From: an uncultured Bacteroidales bacterium
Lineage (GTDB): Bacteria; Bacteroidota; Bacteroidia; Bacteroidales; UBA11471
NCBI GenBank assembly: GCA_947589325.1
Contig: CANQAM010000001.1
Location: 95,834-159,833 of the forward strand
DNA: 64,000 nt
Direction of reading: 5' to 3'
Positions within the stretch are counted from its first letter, which is position 1. Every line of letters starts with the position of its first letter. Shown here in pieces: positions 60,870 through 64,000 of this stretch. Made by a program: the position numbers and the translations under genes. The notes below the pieces were generated by a model. It was given only the letters and a program-made list of their open reading frames with translations. It was not told the origin of the DNA and did not search any database.

Positions 60870-62009
60870 ATGAAAAAATACGGAGCTGTTTTATTGTTGG
60901 CAATCCTGCTTTTTCCGACAGCGGTTAAAGCGCAGGAAGAAAAAGTCTATACCCTGCCGTCGGCGCAGCCTGTTTACGAACCGACCTATCGCAACGACGG
61001 CATCGACGCCCCTGTGAAAAACGTCATATTCATGGTAGGCGACGGCATGGGGCTGGCACACATGGCATCTGCCCTCTATGCCAATCGCGGCGACCTCACC
61101 ATTGCACGGCTGCACCATATCGGGCTTGTGCGCACACAGTCGGGAAACCGCTACATCACCGACTCGGCTGCCGCCGGCACAGCTTATGCCACCGGCAGGA
61201 AAACCGACAACAATTGTGTCGGCACTGCCGCTGCCGGCGACACCCTCGAAAATATGACCGAGATACTTGCTGCTCGCGGTTATGCCACCGGCATCGTTAC
61301 CACCGATAAAATTTCGGGTGCTACGCCTGCTGCTTTTTATGCTCACCAGCCCAAGCGGAGCATGACCGCCGAGATACTCACCGACCTTGCCCACACGCGC
61401 GCCGACTTTGTCGCCGGCAGCAGCGTGTCGCTCTTTGAGAAAATGGAAGGTGGAAAACTCGATTCGCTGCGGGCACACGGTTTCACCGTCGTGCACGACT
61501 TCCGCGCCCTCCCTGAGCTTGCAGCCGACAAGATAGCTTTGATTGCTTGCGACCGTGATGCCGAATGGGTGCAAAACGGACGCGACTCCGACTACCTGCG
61601 CGCGGTATCCGAATTTGCCATGAAATTTCTTGCCGACAAGTCCGACAAAGGATTTTTCCTGCTCATCGAAGGGGCTGAAATAGACCATGCCGCTCACGGC
61701 AACGACCTCGAAGGCGTTGTGCGCGAGACCCTCGATTTCGATAAAGCCGTTGCCGAAGCCCTGCGCTTTGCCGACAGCAACGGCGAAACCCTCGTCGTCA
61801 TACTCGCCGATCACGAAACCGGCGGCTTGGCGTTGGGCGACGGCGATGTGAGCGAAGGCCGCGTATCGGGCCGCTTTACCTCGACCGGACACTCGCCCGT
61901 GCCCGTGCCCGTATATGCCTACGGTCCGCACGCCGACGATTTCTGCGGCGTACTCGAAAACACCGAAATATTTTTCCGCATCAGAGCCGCTTTGCAGCAC
62001 GGCAGATAA
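60870..62009 (+). CDS. Alkaline phosphatase
   Basis: Signal peptide; GDGMG, TDSAAAGTA, ATPAAF, EG..IDHAAH, ADHETGG. Confidence 0.95.
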   Translation: MKKYGAVLLLAILLFPTAVKAQEEKVYTLPSAQPVYEPTYRNDGIDAPVKNVIFMVGDGMGLAHMASALYANRGDLTIARLHHIGLVRTQSGNRYITDSAAAGTAYATGRKTDNNCVGTAAAGDTLENMTEILAARGYATGIVTTDKISGATPAAFYAHQPKRSMTAEILTDLAHTRADFVAGSSVSLFEKMEGGKLDSLRAHGFTVVHDFRALPELAADKIALIACDRDAEWVQNGRDSDYLRAVSEFAMKFLADKSDKGFFLLIEGAEIDHAAHGNDLEGVVRETLDFDKAVAEALRFADSNGETLVVILADHETGGLALGDGDVSEGRVSGRFTSTGHSPVPVPVYAYGPHADDFCGVLENTEIFFRIRAALQHGR

Positions 62010-62025
62010 TCGCTCGATACCATAC

Positions 62026-62065
62026 CGAAAAGCCCCGTTTCTCGCACGAGAAACGGGGCTTTTCG
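62026..62065. terminator. Bidirectional terminator
   Basis: cgaaaagccccgtttctcg / cgagaaacggggcttttcg perfect IR between convergent genes. Confidence 0.88.
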
Positions 62066-62078
62066 TCTGTTGGCGAAA

Positions 62079-64000
62079 TCATTTCTTTTTCAGTTCGGGA
62101 TAGCTGATGCGCGTGTGATACACCGTTTTCAGTTTTTCGATGAAAGCCGTCTTTATTTCGGAAATTTCTCTGAAACTGATGGGGCTGTCTTTGTGCAGCC
62201 CTTCGGCTATCTGCGCGTCGATAATGGTATTGACCAGTTTGGAAATGCTTTCTTCCGTATATTCTTTCAGGCTGCGCGAAGCCGCCTCCACCGAATCCGC
62301 CATCATCAGCAGGGATTCTTCTTTCGTCGAAGGGTTCGGACCCGGATAGGTGAACACATCTTCATCGACGGGCTCGTTCGGGTGTTCATTTACATATTTG
62401 TTGTAGAAGTAGCGCGTTTTTCCAAGTCCGTGATGCGTGCTTATGAAGTTGGTAATCATTTGCGGAAGTCCCAGTTTTTCGGCACCTTTCACCCCGTTTT
62501 TTACATGGTTGATGATGATTTGGGCGCTCTCCTCGTAAGGCAGCGTGTCGTGCGGGTTGATGCCCGATTGGTTCTCGGTGAAAAATGCCGGATTTTCCAA
62601 TTTCCCGATATCGTGGTAGAGGGCGCCCGTGCGTATGAGCTGCGCTTGCGCGCCGATGCGGTTGGCGGCGTCGGCTGCCAGATTCGACACCTGTATGGAG
62701 TGTTGGAATGTGCCCGGCGCCGTTTCCGACATGTGTCGGAATATCGGCAGATTGATGTCCGACAATTCCACCAGTGTTACGGTGGATATGAATCCGAACG
62801 TTTTTTCGAGCAGGTATATCGACAGATAAGTAAAGAACAGCAGCGTGCAGTTGATACCGAAGTAGAAAAATATTTGCGGGTCGAGCTTGTCGGCACCCTC
62901 GAAGATGAACGTGTAACCCGTGTAGGTGCACGAATAGGTGAGGAATATCAAGATGACGCAGCGCAGCAGTTGCGAGCGGCGAACCAACTCTTTCAAATTA
63001 TTGATGGCTGTAATCGTTACCGCCAACTGGAAGAAAATAAATTCCAAATGATATGGTACGGCAAACGTGCAGAGCAGCAGCGCAATCGCACTCGAAATCA
63101 GCGCAATCGACTTTTTCAGAAACACTACGACCGTAATCGGCAGAATGGCGAACGGCATGACGTACATGCCGGCGGTCGCGTAGAGGTCGCACAACAGATA
63201 GCAGACGACAGTCGTTGCCGTAACCATGAGTACCACGAACCCCAGTTTTTTCAAGTCGTAGAACGTGCGGGAGTAGAATATCGCCAAGTAGCGGTACAGA
63301 AAAATGAATAGTATAAGTATGATAATTACCTGTCCCGCAAACGAAAACAGTTCATGCTGCTTGTCGCTGCGCCGATTGTCTTTCTGCGATGTGCGATTCA
63401 TCGATTGCAGGATAAGGTAAATTTGCGGGGTAACGATGTCGCCCCGCCCGATGATTTTCTCTCCCTTTTGCACCATGCCTATCGATTGCGGTATGCGTTG
63501 CAGCATGATGTTGAGTGCGTCCTGCGATTTTATACTGTCATACAGAAGGTTCGCCACCAGATAGCTGTTGAGGTTGCAATGGTTCAAAATTTCCTGCTGC
63601 TTGTTATCCGCACGGCTTATGATATATTCGTATGCCGAACGCGGAGTAAACAGGCTTTCGATATTGTATTCGCCTCGCAGCGTGTTGCGATTGACGATAC
63701 GCACGCCGCGAGTACTCTTTTGTAAAAGGTCATTGTAGGTGTTTATATCGATAATACCCTGATTATAAACGTTATTCAATGCCTTTATGGCATATTGGTA
63801 AGCTGCGGTCGATTGTTTGTTTTCCAAAAGATATTGGTGGTCTGCCTTGAAACTTTCGATTTCCTCCTGTCCGATGTTTGTACTAATTTCAAAAAACGGC
63901 AGCGCACTTTTTCGCACGCTGTCCTGCTCGCGGCGGAATTGCGCTTCGTCCTTGTAAATAGGAAAATCCCTGTCGGCGGTGAGCAGGTTGTATCGCCACG
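62079..64000 (-). CDS. 7TM-HD (HDIG) phosphohydrolase, PgpH-like; 5' end outside the window
   Basis: Extracellular domain, ~7 TM helices, APGTFQHS, YHDIGK, HHG, YPGP.P, ADSVEAASRS. Confidence 0.93.
   Translation of the reverse strand, partial: WRYNLLTADRDFPIYKDEAQFRREQDSVRKSALPFFEISTNIGQEEIESFKADHQYLLENKQSTAAYQYAIKALNNVYNQGIIDINTYNDLLQKSTRGVRIVNRNTLRGEYNIESLFTPRSAYEYIISRADNKQQEILNHCNLNSYLVANLLYDSIKSQDALNIMLQRIPQSIGMVQKGEKIIGRGDIVTPQIYLILQSMNRTSQKDNRRSDKQHELFSFAGQVIIILILFIFLYRYLAIFYSRTFYDLKKLGFVVLMVTATTVVCYLLCDLYATAGMYVMPFAILPITVVVFLKKSIALISSAIALLLCTFAVPYHLEFIFFQLAVTITAINNLKELVRRSQLLRCVILIFLTYSCTYTGYTFIFEGADKLDPQIFFYFGINCTLLFFTYLSIYLLEKTFGFISTVTLVELSDINLPIFRHMSETAPGTFQHSIQVSNLAADAANRIGAQAQLIRTGALYHDIGKLENPAFFTENQSGINPHDTLPYEESAQIIINHVKNGVKGAEKLGLPQMITNFISTHHGLGKTRYFYNKYVNEHPNEPVDEDVFTYPGPNPSTKEESLLMMADSVEAASRSLKEYTEESISKLVNTIIDAQIAEGLHKDSPISFREISEIKTAFIEKLKTVYHTRISYPELKKK

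Overview
Chromosomal window from a Bacteroidales bacterium, judged from TAnnTTTG/TTTG promoter boxes, T9SS C-terminal-domain proteins, UpxY and the DUF3127/DUF4295/BT_3928-type genes. Most of it is housekeeping: obgE-pgeF, the pheA-aminotransferase-DAHP/CM-tyrA aromatic operon, menA, ribE, purM, prs, ftsH, cdsA, rpmB-rpmG, tpiA, folE, tRNA-Asp, rsmA-mgtE, grpE-dnaJ, ispE, pheT and rpsA. It also has several carbohydrate-active enzymes and a partly decayed exopolysaccharide locus (wza-wzc-wzy-like, a GT32 remnant, an orphan upxY, wzi and a PHP phosphatase). Accessory genes sit between core genes: two solitary AAA_14/DUF4143-type ATPase-nuclease genes, each preceded by a tandem or periodic repeat array; two T9SS-secreted proteins; and a DUF4160/DUF2442 pair with a frameshifted first gene. 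Signals absent from the ORF track are an 18-aa Phe/Tyr-rich leader peptide with a complete attenuator, a ~200-270 nt multi-stem RNA-like leader upstream of the LRR gene, a family of GCCACCC/CCGACCG palindromes (some bracketing accessory cassettes), a sigma54-type promoter before grpE, and a 32-aa Lys/Cys-rich small ORF. No CRISPR array, integrase, transposase or phage gene is visible. Family assignments come from motif recognition, not database searches.
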